Assembly (NCBI RefSeq): GCF_009914755.1
Contig: NC_060946.1
Length of the DNA: 64,000 bases
Strand: one strand, 5' to 3'
Source: the human T2T-CHM13v2.0 reference genome, Homo sapiens
Positions 11,257 through 24,089 of the stretch are shown here, in pieces. The notes beneath the pieces are model-generated. The model was not told the origin of the DNA. It searched no databases and worked only from the letters and a program-made list of their open reading frames with translations. The position numbers and the translations under genes are program-made. Each line of letters opens with the position of its first letter. Positions within the stretch are counted from its first letter, which is position 1.

Positions 11257-12943
11257 TGCCTCACTGCTTAGCACTCCCAGAGTTCCTGACAGTCTCACAC
11301 ACAGTAGGTGCTGGATAGTTCTAATGAGATTCTTAGACAAATGTGAAGTGAAAATCTGTAAGCTCCCTATGAGTAGGGTGTCTGCAAAGTTCCCTAGTTC
11401 ATCAGCAGTGTGTGGATTGCAGGATCTGCTGCATTAAATGGGTTTAGGAACTATTCCATGGACAGGTGAGCAAATAGATGAATGAAAGAATGAATGAATG
11501 ATTGGACCGTTTTCTTCTACAGATAAAACAAGAGGAATTTAGTTCCTTTAGCAGCCAGGGAGGAGCTCTGGGCAGGAAGAGGTCCTCTCCAGCCAGTGCA
11601 AATGGAGCCCAGCCCATTGTCCTGGGAGAGGGAGGCCACAGGAGCTCCAGGGCAGGACCCTTCTAAGCTGGTACAGTTCACCTGGGAGGGGGTGGGGGTG
11701 AGGATCAGCAATAGCTTGCTCCCAAAGATCTGCTGGGCACCCTCCCGCTGCAGCCCACCACCGTGCCCGGCTGGGAACAGCCACTATTCACCACACACGG
11801 CCCAGTAATGGCTCATGAATCAAACTAAGCAACTCAATGTGAAGCTAACGACAAAATCTGGAGGAAAACCCATCTTCCTGGTACCATCTAAGTGGATGCT
11901 ATGGATGGGAGCAGATGGAAGAATGACATATTTGTGGATTCCAACCACCATCTGGTCACAACTGATGGCCCATCTGACAGCAGGTCATTATTGTTTTCCA
12001 GCATCATTAAAGACGCCCTATTTATCTCTGTGCACCATTTCTGAGTTTGACGCGGAGACCTTCAGAGATTCCAACCTCTTCTCTCCAGTGACCTATAACT
12101 CACAGCATCCTTTGGCCTCCCCTGATGGGTTCCCGAGGTCTCTCAAGCTGACGTGGCTCTCAGTTTAGCTGACTGATTAATTAAACTCCCCCTTGCTCTC
12201 CCCGGCTCTGTGGCCTTGGGTGGTGCCTCCAAAGCGATCGTTCACCATTGGCCCTCTTTTGTTATGTTTAACTCTGCAAACTTCCAAAAGACTCCAGCTT
12301 TCATGCTGCACCTAACGCTGTTTCTGCCAAGTTAATCCCGTCTTTTTTACTTTAAATTTTATTGAGTGGGAAAGGACAACTTTGGTCTAGTTTACAGATA
12401 GCTGGCTCTTTGACTCGGACTGTGGTTGGGCCAATGACCCAGATTCTGTTCTGGCTTTAGCGACCATATTCTTGGTGGGGGAGGGGGTTTCCAAAAAAGG
12501 AGGAGTTTGTGTCAAAAAAAAGGGAGAAGGAAGTAATTCAAACCATCTGTTAAAAGGCGTAAACACTGGGCTCACGTGAAAAAGGAAAGGGAATGTGTTA
12601 TTTTTAAGAAAACTATTTAAGTGTAAAAAATACATTTTTTCCCTAATTGCAGATAAAAACACACTTTTAGAGAGAGGGGATTACACATATAAAAATCTCA
12701 GTTGCATAATTTTAGTAATAGATATGGTGTTTAGATGTATCGTTGGATGGCTTGTTTTATCATTTATTAGGAGTTCCAGGTCTGAGCAGTGCATGTGAGT
12801 TGAAACAGAAAGAAATGGCTTAGCTTCAAAGATAGCCCCGGACAAAAGCCAGCTCTGATGAATGAAGTGGCCCAGGAAGTGGCCACGTCAACCCCAGCTG
12901 AACTCACGGCTGGGGTGTCCCGGGATGCATGTTGTTGTTGCTG

Positions 12944-13606
12944 TTTTAATTGTGATAAAAATATACATAATACATAATCGATCATTTTAACCAGTTGTTA
13001 AGTGTACAGATCAATGACATGAAGTATAGTTACAGTTTTGTGCAACCATCACCATCAACTACCTCCAGAAATGTTCACATCTTGCAAAACTGAAACTCTA
13101 TACCCTTTAAACACTATGCCTCCGTTCCTCCTTCCCCAGGGCTCTGGTAACCACCATTCTACTTTCCCTGGGTTTGACTCTTCTAGGAACCTCACAGGAG
13201 TACAGTCATACAGCATGGTCCTTTTGTGCCTGGCTTATTTCACTCAGCATAACGTCTTCAAGATTCACGCATTCTGTAGAATGTGTCAGAATTTCCTCCC
13301 TTTTCAGAGCTGCATCATATTCCACCGTGTAAATGGACACCTATCATGTATCCACTCAGGCACTGGTGGATACTTGACTGCTTCCACTTTTTTGGCTGTT
13401 GTGAATAATGCTGCTATGAAAACATGGGGGTACAAATATATTTTTGAGTCACTGTTTTCCACTTCTTAAACTGTATATCCCAAATTGGAATGGCTGGATC
13501 ATATGGTAACTCCATGGCCAATTGTTTGAGGAACCTCCATCATTTTCTTCACAGCAGCTGCACAGTTCAGCATTCCCATCAGCAATGCACAAGGGTTTCT
13601 ATTTCC
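12944..13606 (-). mobile_element. L1MB-type LINE-1 3' end
   Basis: Antisense L1 hallmarks: TGTGCAACCATCACC, CTGGCTTATTTCACTCAGCATAA, GTGAATAATGCTGCTATGAA, GCTGGATCATATGGTAA, CATTCCCATCAGCAATG. Confidence 0.9.
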
Positions 13607-16600
13607 CTGGGGTACGTTATTTTATGACTCAGTTAAGCAAAGCAGAGTCCACTAGGGACACCAGGAGGGACTTGCCAGAGACCGCCCTGCAAAGCCCCTT
13701 GGAGCACCAAATAACCAGGTGGGTGGCTGAGAGCCGATCCCAAAGCATCTGTGGAATGGGGACTGTGGAAATGGCATTCACATCAGAGCTGAGCCTTGCT
13801 CTCTCCAAACCTATGATCTGTGGCCACTCTCTCAACCCCAATTCTGCAAAAGAGGATAGCCCTGCCCATTTCACTCACTCAGTCCACAGATCATCTGGGG
13901 TTTCTCCTCCCACCCTTCCTCTTTGCAGAGTGCCACATCCTTCCCACCTCCAATCCTGTGCTCCCCTTTGTGTAGACTTCCCTGCCCTGGAGCCCAGAGA
14001 GAGAAAGGAGCTGTGTCAGTAGCCGCAGCCTCATCCCCTCGCTCATGCACAAGGACCCTGGCATGTGTGCGCCCACCAGTCACCTCGTCTTAGCTGAGCG
14101 GTGGCCACAGTGAATGCAAGCCCCGCCCAGCCGCCTGGCTGCTAGCACATGGCTCTGCAGGGGAGGCACACAGACCTCTCTGCAAATGGTCTGTTGGCCT
14201 GGAGTAGGCAGGATGCCCACCCGGCTGATTGGGACTTGTTCCTTTTTCCGGTACATCCAGCTCCCGCGCCCATGGCCGGAGGCGGCCAGCTTTCCGCAGG
14301 TTGTAGTTCATTGACTAATTGGCAGGAGCAGACGGGGCCGGGGTAACGGGGCCTCTGACCCGATGAATACCACCTTCTGCTGTCTTCACCGAGCCCTGAA
14401 AAGCCCTTGTTTCTGGCAGATTCCCTATTGTCTGTGCTCCTGGTCCACATGGCAGAGCAGGCAGCCTCTCCCTCTGCACACTGTGGAACAAATGGTTGAC
14501 ACGCACCTCTTGGAAGAGGAAGCGGAACAGGTGGCCCGATCATCGGGGGGCAGGCTGTGCAGGGTACCCAGGAGGTGGTCCTGGGGTCTTGGCAGGCCCA
14601 TGCCCTCCTCCATGGCAGCATCAGGGAGGCTGGCATCCAGCCCATCAGTAGCAACCTTGGCAGACAGACATGCTGAACTGGGGTCCAGGAGGGACAGGCC
14701 CAGAGCTTCAGGCTGGACCTGCTCTCTGCAGGAGCCTGGATCCAACTTTAATCAGAGATGACTGATAGTCCAAGGTGGGATTTTGCCACCAGTCAGTCAG
14801 ACAGGACAAGGAGGGCTCATGCCCAGCCCGGCTGCAAGGACAGGCCACAGGGAGGTGTGATAGGCTCGGCAGCTCCTGGGCACCAGCTCTGTAGCCACCC
14901 ATCTGACAGATGCCCTGGAAGGCTGAGCTGCCACCCTAGCTGTGGCCTTACAGCACTGCAGCTGCCGGGTGGCTTGGGGGACCCTGGGTCAAGGCCGCTC
15001 AGATTGGTCTGTGGAAGGCACAGTGGGCCTGCTCCACATCAGACCCGAGGGATGCTCCTTGAAGAGCTGGAAGGATGGAGGCCAAAGTCTGAGAAGGAGG
15101 CTGTAACCACTGAGAAAGGAAGCAGGTGCAGGCAGCTCTGGTTGGGGCAGGGATATGGGGGGAAAGGGCTCGAAGTTAGGCCTTCAGCATGATGCAGGCT
15201 CTCTCTGGGGCAGGGCGGGGCAGCGGCACAGCATGTAACCACACCATCGGGCCCAGTGATGGCACAGAGTATGTGCACGGACCCCACCCTTCAAGGGCGC
15301 CCACAGCCCTCCACTCTGCTGAGCCCGGCCTCAGCTCCGGGACCCCTGAGCACACAAAGCAGGCACCAGCATAAGTCAATCCGAGTGGGTCATGGTAGTA
15401 ACCCCATTCCCCAGAGGGCTGGCTCTGGGACAGGACAAAATTGGAGCCTGTGGGAGAGAGGGTGGCACAACCCGGGCAGGGGCAAGAGCTCCATCAGGTC
15501 AGCTGGGGCTTCAGCCCAGGCAGGTACAAGGGCTCCACCAGGTCAGCTAGGGTTTCCTCCTTGGGGTCGAACACCAAGAGGGATCCACAACAGAGTGTGC
15601 AGAGCGGTGGCTCCCTGAGCTGCAGGTGCAGGACAAAGCAGGTCCTGCCTGTCCCAAGCACCAAGGACAAAGGCAGGCAGCCAGGCAGGAGGCTGATGGG
15701 CTTTGGGGGCCCTGAGAAGGGCAGCCTGGACGGGTGCTCCAGACCTTCTGGCACCCAGCCCTGCTTGAGCTCCACACCCTTCTGCTGCAAGATGCTCTGC
15801 ACCCCAAATGAGCTGCTCGGCTGCTCGGTGTTTTCATTTCTTCCTCCGCAGAGTGAGGATATATCCAGCAAGATTGTCCTGAGGCTTAAAACAGATAAGT
15901 AAAAGTGCTTAGGAAATTGTGAGCTGCCCTCTCTGAATGTCAGACAATATTATTTTTGAATCAGCTTCAAGAGATCACTTGAAGGGAAAGTATTGGAAAA
16001 TTGATTTTTTTTCTCCCATTGGTTTAACAGAATGGCTCCCCTGCCTTGATCTCGCTGTGCCGTTGTCCTTGACTTTGGGGGCTGCCTCCCCCTTGGGACT
16101 GAGTGGTCTGTGTCTGGAGCCCCCACTTGGTCCTAGCAGAGCTGACATTGTAGATAAATGGCAGGCGAGTGACAATGAATAGAAGGAGGAAGAAAGCCCA
16201 GGGGTAGAAGGTGGCAGGTGTGGGAACATTCCAGAAGCCGCTGCCCCCTCTGCATCCATTCTCTAACAACCCCCAAGTGCTCCATCAGGCCCAGCTCTTC
16301 CTGATTCAGTCCCCCAGGTTCCTTGGACAGAGCTGTCTCCCCAGAGCCCCTCTGGCTTCTCCAAAAGATGAGGGAACTCTTTGACATCATAGAACATCCC
16401 AGGTCCAAAAGGGACCTGAAGGTCACCTAAGCCAACCTCCTGCCTGGCAAGGACCCCCTTCCCCTCCTTGGAGTACCCTGGCTGGTGCCTGTACCCCATG
16501 GCCCAGGGACTCAGAACCTCTCTAGCCCTACCGATACCCAGAGGGTACCAGGGTTTGGAATCTCCCACCCCTTGGTCCTGACCCATGTTCTGGACTCTCT

Positions 16601-16768
16601 CAAGACACACGACATTCCAATGAAATGAGGACCACTCTTGCTTCCCCTAAAGGCTTGCTTTGCTTGCTTTTCATTCATTCATTCATCTGTTCCTTCCTTC
16701 CTTCCTTCATTTTAAATGAAACAGCCACAGTTGCTTTAGCCTTTCCTCCCAGGTCACTTCATTCTTCC

Positions 16769-17335
16769 TTTTTTAAACTGTGGTAAAATACATGTAATGT
16801 AAAATGTAATATCCTAAGCATTTGAAGAGGACAGTTCAGTGGCATGAATTATGGTCACGTTACTGTGTGCCATCACCACCCTCCGCCTCCAGAACGTTTC
16901 ATCTTCCCAAAATGAAACTGTCCCCATTAAACTCTCACTCCCCACGCCCTCCCCAGCCCTCGGCACCCACCTTTCCACTTTCCATCCCTGTGGACTGACT
17001 ATTCTAGCTACCTCCTCTAAGGGGAAATCACAGGATTTGTCCTTCTTGACTGCCTTATTCCACTTAGCACAATGTCCTCAGGGTTCAGCCATGCTGTGCC
17101 ATGCAGCACCCTTCTTAAGGCTGGGTGATTTCCCATCGTATGGAGAGACAGCAGTGTTCATCCGTCCATCCATCTGTCATGGGACACCTGGGTGGCCTCT
17201 ACATCTTGGCTGTTGTGGATAAGGCTGCTGTGAACAGGGGTGCACACACGACTCTTCCAGCCCGTTCTCACTTCTGTGGGTATACACCCAGCAGTGGGGT
17301 TGCAGGGTCATGTGGGGCCCTTGTTTGCTCTTTTA
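16769..17335 (-). mobile_element. L1MB-type LINE-1 3' end (GC-shifted copy)
   Basis: TGTGGTAAAATACA, TGTGCCATCACCACC, CCCATTAAAC, TTATTCCACTTAGCACAATGTCCTCA, GGGTATACACCCAG. Colinear with the copy at 12944-13606. Confidence 0.85.
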
Positions 17336-18846
17336 GCCCGGGCACCCCTGGTCCCAAGAAGGCCTCTCTGGCCCCAGGTCAGCCTAGATGTCTCCCCCAG
17401 CAGCCCCACGCCAGGCTCTGCTCCTCCCTCCCTCCTCCCACTGCACCAGAGCTTCCTGCACTCTGCCTGAGCCCCCAGATCCTCCCTGTCCTCTTCATGC
17501 TCATCCCCCAGCCAGGCACTGAGCAGGGGTCAGCAACGTCTGTGAAAAAAGCCAGGTGAGCCGCGTACCCCCGGCTGTCTCAACCCTTCTCTCCTCTGTA
17601 CAAGCCCCAGCTGCAAAGTGGCCCTCTGCAGCCCACGCCCAGCTCTCCTGCACTGCCTGGCGCTGCCTGCACAGACTGTTCCTGCAGGAACCACCTCCAC
17701 TCCAGCCATTCAGCATCCCACCAGCCAGTGGGTCTAACTTCAAGAATGTGAGGCCACCAAATGGGAGGCCAGTGTCCTGGAGGCCCACGTCCAAGCTCTG
17801 AGTCAGAGGGACCTGGGTTCAATCTGGTGCACTTCACACAGAGCTCCGCAGCCCAACCCAGCCCAATAAAGGGGCCCCCAGGAAAGTCTGGGGGGCCCAT
17901 GAATCCTGCCACCTTTACCGCCCCCCAGAACCCTGGGAGCAGAGCTGCCTTCCCAAGAGCCGGACAACTGAGATCAGGGCCTGCCTTACCCTGGGCTGCA
18001 GGGCGGCTCATGTCTGCAGTGCTGGCTGCCAACCCCTTCCCATGGCAGGGTCCCATGTGGGGTCCTGACAGGGAGGTCCTGACCCCTGCAGGCTACCCAT
18101 GAAGCTGAACCCCCATTCTTAGCTCCTCCCATCATGGGCAGGAGCCAGGAGAACCCTCCCCATGGGACATGCCCCACCCAGCACCCAGGATAGGAGCCCT
18201 CCCCACGGAGCTCACTCCCCAGCCTGATAGAGGTGTGGGCAGCTTCCGGGTCTGAGATTCAGGTGCCCGCTCTTCTTCACCCTCTCTCCTCCACTGTGGA
18301 TGGAAGAAGTTGCCTTGGATGGCGTCTGAGGGCCCCATGGAGGAAGCAGGCTCTGATGGGGCCAATCCCTGACCCTGCAGAGGGGTGCCTGGGCCCATTC
18401 CCACCCCTGACCCTCTCCCTTGGAGCCTCCCCGGGCTGTGTCCACACCCTCAGGGAAGCTGGCGGGAGTGGCCAGGCCAGGATGCTCTGGGGTGAGGGAA
18501 GCCTTGGCAGTGTCATCTCTGTGTTTATCAGACACTCGAAGTCCCACGTTGGGCTGTGCCAGGCTGCACTCCTCCCAGTGACAAGGCTGCCATCCATTCG
18601 TTCTTAATGTGATCATAGTGGGGCTTGACATGAACACAGCCTGGTTATTTATCTTCCCTTTTTGGTTCCTGGGCACCATCCACGGGTGCAGGTTGTCCAG
18701 GGACGGACGTGGGGAACATGATGGACACGTTCAAAGCCAGATGCTCCCAGCCTTCCACCTGCCCACTCGCCCTGCCCACCTCAAACCCATCCCAGCTGAG
18801 GCAGAGGGCAAGACCCTAGCCCGAGCCCAGAGACACGCCCCACTTA

Positions 18847-18916
18847 CACAGCACAGCACAGCACAGTACAACACAGCTCAACACAACACAACACAGCAGA
18901 GCACAGCACGGCACGG
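18847..18916. repeat. (CACAG/CACAA)n pentanucleotide microsatellite
   Basis: Direct reading of the repeat. Confidence 0.9.
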
Positions 18917-19107
18917 GGAGGTGGGAGAAGTTAGTGTTCCATGGGCGGGGAGCTTTGGCCTGGAAAGATGAGCACATCCTGGAGGGGAGGGCGGTGACGG
19001 CTACACAGGGTGAATGTGCTTAGTGTCACTCAACTGTATACCTAATGATTAACATGGTAAGTTTCATGATTATGCGTATTTTACCACAATAAGAAATATT
19101 TTTAAAA
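18917..19107 (+). mobile_element. L1MB-type extreme 3' end
   Basis: GTGAATGTGCTTAGTGTCACTCAACTGTATAC...ATGGTAAGTTTCATG...ATTTTACCACAATAA. Confidence 0.75.
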
Positions 19108-20599
19108 GCCTGCTGTTGACTTCCCAGTGCCACCCTCAGGCCCCAGGCAACTCCAGGCCTTGGGACCCCCTTTTAGCATCAGAAATGCCCACCCCTTCCC
19201 TCCACTCCTGGAAACTTCCTCCTATCCTCCCAAGCCCAGCCCTGACACCATCTCCTCCGCCAGCCTGCCTGGGACTCCCAGGCAGGACTACATAGACAGC
19301 CCAGACCGCCAGGGAGCAGAGTCAGGAGGGAAACCCCAGGGGCCCAGGAGGATCAGGACAGCTGGCCCAGAGGTGACTCCATTTGCATTCGTATCTGGTG
19401 CCTACGTGGGTGGGGTGGAGGGCAGAGGAGCCTAACAACCCCTAGGGACCATCCCTGTCCCCCAGATCATGCTGTTTCTGCTCCCCAAACCCAGACTCGG
19501 AGGCAGGTCCAGGGGGTGCTGGATGGAGGCCGTCGGCACCAGGCAAGCTGCATACAAGTCAGCGTGGTGGGCCCCAGAAGATGAAACCGGCGATCCATGA
19601 AGAACTGCAAAGCCCCCACGCAGGCTCCCGCTGCTTCTAGGAGCCTGGAGCCCAGTGTGGGGCTCTGCAAATGTGTTCTCTCCCAGAACAAGTTTTAAAG
19701 ACCTGAGCCTGAAGCCATCGGGCTTTCTTTCCTCTCCTCCTCCCTAGGGGTTCAGCCTGCAGACCGTTCGATGCTGGCGCACTCTCTATTAAACAAACAT
19801 CATTCCTCACAATGGCTTCTCACAGCTGGGCCACTTCAGGCCACGCAGGGGAAGAACTCAGCCTGCAAGTCCTGGAAAGAATGCAAAGCAGTGATTTGTT
19901 CTTTTTCCGGACCCCACACACAACAAGCTATACATAAATGCAGAAAGTGATGCTCATAAATTCTTTAAGCTATTTACTTAGAGCCTGTGCTTATTAAACT
20001 GGTTGGCTTCCAAAAACTCCTTGTAGATTTCTCTCTCAAAAAAGTAAGTTTTATTTTTCCAACCCACTATGAATTAAAAATGGGTCTTTGATACACTCAG
20101 CAGATTTTACCCCATCCGTTAGTCTTATGTAAGGAGTAGAAATAGCCGATATTCAACAGCAGTGCGGACACACACACACACTTTTTGCAATTGTATAAGC
20201 TGAACAAATTCTTAGGTGGGACTTCTCCATGCTCTCTCTTCTTTTCTTTCTTTGCTGTTTCACTCTCTTTGGGATTCTTGCGCACTGGGGTGAGAAGGCA
20301 GTGAGAGAATCTCTCTTTTATGAAAATGGCTGTCAAGTTCTCCACACCCACTCATACCTGGATTCACATGGCATCTCAACATGCCCTGGAAGAGACACTG
20401 AAAATGGATAGTGCCAGTTCTGACTTTCTTGGCTGGGAAACCGAGATCCAGCTTCGGTCATGGCTTGCCCAGTTCACAGAGCCCAGGGCAGCTGAGTCTG
20501 CTCAGAGCTGGGGTCCTGACTCCAGGTCTCTGCACTGAGCTTACAGGATCTGGCCCCAAAGGGTGGAGCGTCCTGGGTTGATGGAGACTTAGGTAGGTG

Positions 20600-21133
20600 G
20601 GTCCCAGGGTCCAGGTGTCTGGGTGCCCATGAGTCCCAGAGCCTGGGTGTCTGGGAGGGTGAGTGAGTCCCAGGGCCTTGGTGTCTGGGTGCCTGTGAGT
20701 CCTAGGGCCCAGGTGTCCGGTGGTGGGGGGCAGCTGTGAGTCCCAGGGCCATGGTGTCTGGGTGTTCATGAGTCCTAGGGCCTGGGTATCTGGGTGCCGG
20801 CGAGTCCTAGGGCCCAGGTGTCTGGTGGGGGCAGCTGTGAGTCCCAGGGCCTGGGTGTCTGGGTGCCCGTGAGTCCCAGGACCTGGGTGTCTGGGTGTTC
20901 ATGAGTCCCATGGCCTGGGCGTCTGGGTGCCCGTGAGCCCCAGGACCTGGGTGTCTGGGTGTTCATGAGTCCCATGGCCTGGGCGTCTGGGTGCCCGTGA
21001 GCCCCAGGACCTGGGTGTCTGGGTGTTCATGAGTCCCATGGCCTGGGCGTCTGGGTGCCTGTGAGTCCTAGGGCCCAGGTGTCTGGGGGGCGGGAGGCTG
21101 CGAGTCCCAGGGCCATGGTGTCTGGGTGCCTGT
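20600..21133. repeat. 32-bp VNTR (CTGGGTGTCTGGGTGCCCGTGAGTCCCAGGRC), about 16 units, with a 64-bp dimeric core
   Basis: Identical 64-bp blocks start at 20883 and 20947, with a partial third at 21011. Flanking units are more diverged. Confidence 0.93.
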
Positions 21134-21257
21134 GCTCATGAGCAAAGTACCCAGAACATGCGGTATCATTTCATTGCATTTCTGCTTTTTGTTTCATTTG
21201 TGTCTCTATTTTCAGTCTGAGCTTCCAGGAATCTTATCTCTAGGGTAATCTTGTAAT

Positions 21258-22680
21258 CAGGGTCAGTTACAGAACTTGCCAGTCCAGTGAAAAATGCAAA
21301 TGCAGTTCCCATTTCAAAAAGCAAAAAAAAAAAAAAAAAAAAAAGTGCTGTTGGAGATCGTAAAGTATAAATCTTTTCCTTCTAAAATACTTTGTTACTT
21401 CTAAAATATAATAGAGATAATAGTGACACGAAAGTAAGAAAAGAAACTTTTTAATTGCAAAATAATATTTTGAAGTCATAATTGTATGCAAGATAATGAT
21501 ATGTTGTTAATATAATGTCTTGTTTGTCATAAATTTTTCTGACTACAAATGTGTTTATTAGGTTGTCAAAATGCGTGTTTTCAGCAACTTCATTTTTCAT
21601 CAATATAATTAAAAACAATGTCAGTCTCTTGTGGTAAATGCAAGATTGCAAATAATTTTTGATACTTTTTACTTTTGAGAATCATTTCATGCTGATGCAT
21701 CAGTTCCTGGGGTTCTTTACAATATTTATGTGCCATGAAAACATTGGGATACATTTATGATAAACTATTTCAAAATATAAATTTTAGTGCATTTATAGCT
21801 GATCATCCCTGTGGAACACTTTTTCTAAAAAGATTTAACTCTTCATACAAATCAGTTTTGTGTAATTTTAAAATTAATTCCAAGTATAAACTTATATAAA
21901 GGCAGTTTAGCATTTTTTCTGACATTTCTTGTAACTTGTAGAGTTACACAATAAATCAGAAGTGGCTTCATGTTTTGTGAATAATTCAAATGTTTGCTTC
22001 TGAATTCTGATTTTATATCTTTACTGTGGGAAAAATTTATTTTAAAATTGTCTTCTTTACTAATAATTGGATCTTCTGAAGCATCCTGTGAAAATAGTGT
22101 TCTTTTCCACCAAAGGCAGTGATTTTAAAATATGATTTATATTTCTAAGCCTGTATTTACTCTGCGATGTTGCAGCAGTTTTCTAGACTGAAGATTCTAA
22201 ATTCTTTGATGAGTCCAGACAACTCTCTGATATACTTTATTGCAATGTCCTTGTGTGCATTTTCGTTTTGTAATAATTGACTGACAAAGCTGACTGCTGA
22301 GTGCCAGTAATTCCTGTGCTAGGTTCGAGCAGGAGACTTGCTACTTACGCAGACGGCTCCAGGGATGGGGATTCCTGTTGGCCTCCATGACAGGTCTCAG
22401 TGCTGGCCCATGTAGACCCCTTCATCTCTCCCAGGGCTGTGACCACTGCCACCACTTCTTCCGCAGCTACCACCTTCACAGCAGCCATCCTGCTCCCAGC
22501 CTAGCTGTGGGTCTCCAGGACCTCAGAAGCCTGGCTGCAGGGAGACGTGCACACACTCAGCATCTGCCCTGCAGCCTGCAGCACCCACAGGCCAGAGCCC
22601 GCACAGTGCATGCTGCTATGCTGCGTATCTCCATCAGACCTCACTTCAGAACCTTCAAGTCAAAAATGAAACTATTGAGC
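21258..22680 (-). mobile_element. Fossil hAT-Tip100 DNA transposon (Zaphod/MER115-like) with a disrupted transposase C-terminus
   Basis: Terminus-like CAGGGTCAGTTACAGAACTTG...CCAGTGAAAAATGCAAATGC at 21258. Minus-strand translation across stops and frameshifts reads DLYEELNLFRK...YPNV...TPGTDASA...FSKVKSIKNYLQSCIYHKRLTLFLIILMKNEVAENTHFDNLINTF, a hAT C-terminal dimerisation domain. Right boundary is approximate. Confidence 0.82.
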
Positions 22681-23286
22681 ACCTCCTGTCTGCCAGAGTT
22701 GGGACCTGGAATACCATGGGTCAAAGTCATATGATCCCTAACGCCCTTAGAACACATGGCCCAGCAAGAGGGCCTCCAGAGGTGTTGGGGCTGTGGGGCA
22801 CAGCGGGGTGCCTAATCCTGCCGGGAAAGTCAGAGAGGAGACTGGAAAGCTCTTGGAACTTGGAAAAACATTTTCCATTTTCATCTATAGTACATCTCCC
22901 CCGGGTATCAGAAGAACCATTACTATTTGTTCTAAGTGGCAAGCGAATGTGTCATTTTTCTGTTTCCTGATTTTTTTTTAATTTTCTAAAATATTCTAGC
23001 TTTATTACATGAATTAACTCCACTTTAGCTTCTTCCACATCCACGTTCATTTTATTACCGTCTTGGGAACACTCAAGGGTGATAAGGAACACTGGGGCAT
23101 TGAGACCAGTATCTGGGAAGTGAAATTAAAAGGTAAGCATCTGATTCTGGGAACTAAATGGAGATGACAATTCCATACTCTGTGACTTACCAAGTATTCG
23201 ACCTTGAGCAAGTGACATTATGCTTATGGGCTGAAGTCTAGGAAAGAGCTTCTAAACAGAGGTGGCTGGAGGCCAGGATTCAATGA

Positions 23287-23380
23287 AACCATTGAATATC
23301 CATATCCAACCATTAAATATCCATATCTAACCATTAAATATCCATATCCAACTGTCGAATATCCATATTCAACCATTGAT
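23287..23380. repeat. 21-bp tandem repeat (AACCATTRAATATCCATATCC), about 4.5 copies
   Basis: Direct reading of the repeat. Confidence 0.9.
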
Positions 23381-23690
23381 TATGTATGTCCTGGGGACAT
23401 CCACAACAGCAGTGACCAGTTGAATTCTTGCCAGGTGTCATTCATGAGAATTTCATGTTGACTTTGCAATAAGGCTGTGGGGTGGGTACTAATGTCTCCT
23501 TTATGTAGATGAGACCATTGACTCATAAATCAATTAAGCAACTGGACCAAAATCAGGAGGCAGATTTGAGACCCAGCCACACCCAGTTCTGCCTGACCCT
23601 ACAGTCTGGGCTTCCTCACACCACAGGATATTTCAATGCAAGGAGCAAGGTGACTGGCCTATAAGGGGTCCCCCTAAAAGGCTAGGTCAC

Positions 23691-24080
23691 TGTATGTGTT
23701 TGCTAGGACTGTCATAAGAAAACACCACAGATTGGGTGACTTACCAACAGGACTTTATTGTCTCACAGTTCTGGAGGCTGGACGTCCAAGGTCAGGGTGC
23801 TAGCGGGGCTAGTTTCCCGAGGCCTCTCTCCTTGCCTTGTAGAAGGCTGCCCTCTCACTGTGTCTTCACCTGCTATTTTTCTGTGCACACACACCCCCCA
23901 GTGTCTCTCCCTGTTTAAACAAAGATGCCAGTCATATTAGCTAAGGTTCCACCTTTATAGCCTCATTTTAACTTAATTAATCCTTTAAAAACCTTATCTC
24001 CAAATAGAGCCACATTCTGAGGTACTGGGAGTGGGGATTTCAACATATGAAATTTGAGGGCCACCATTCAGCCCCTAACA
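23691..24080 (-). mobile_element. MLT1B-like MaLR solo LTR
   Basis: TCTCACAGTTCTGGAGGCTGG, CCTTATCTCCAAATA, CACATTCTGAGGTACTGGG, ATTCAGCCCCTAACA. Perfect 5-bp TSD GTCAC at 23686-23690 and 24081-24085. Confidence 0.9.
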
Positions 24081-24089
24081 GTCACCATC

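Noticed and set aside
20600-21133. 32-bp repeats as a possible CRISPR array
   Set aside because: Units are directly tandem with no unique spacers, there are no cas genes, and the DNA is primate.
21451-21651. 66-aa ORF as a functional transposase-derived gene
   Set aside because: The upstream part of the same domain has several stops and frameshifts, so it is a decayed transposon.
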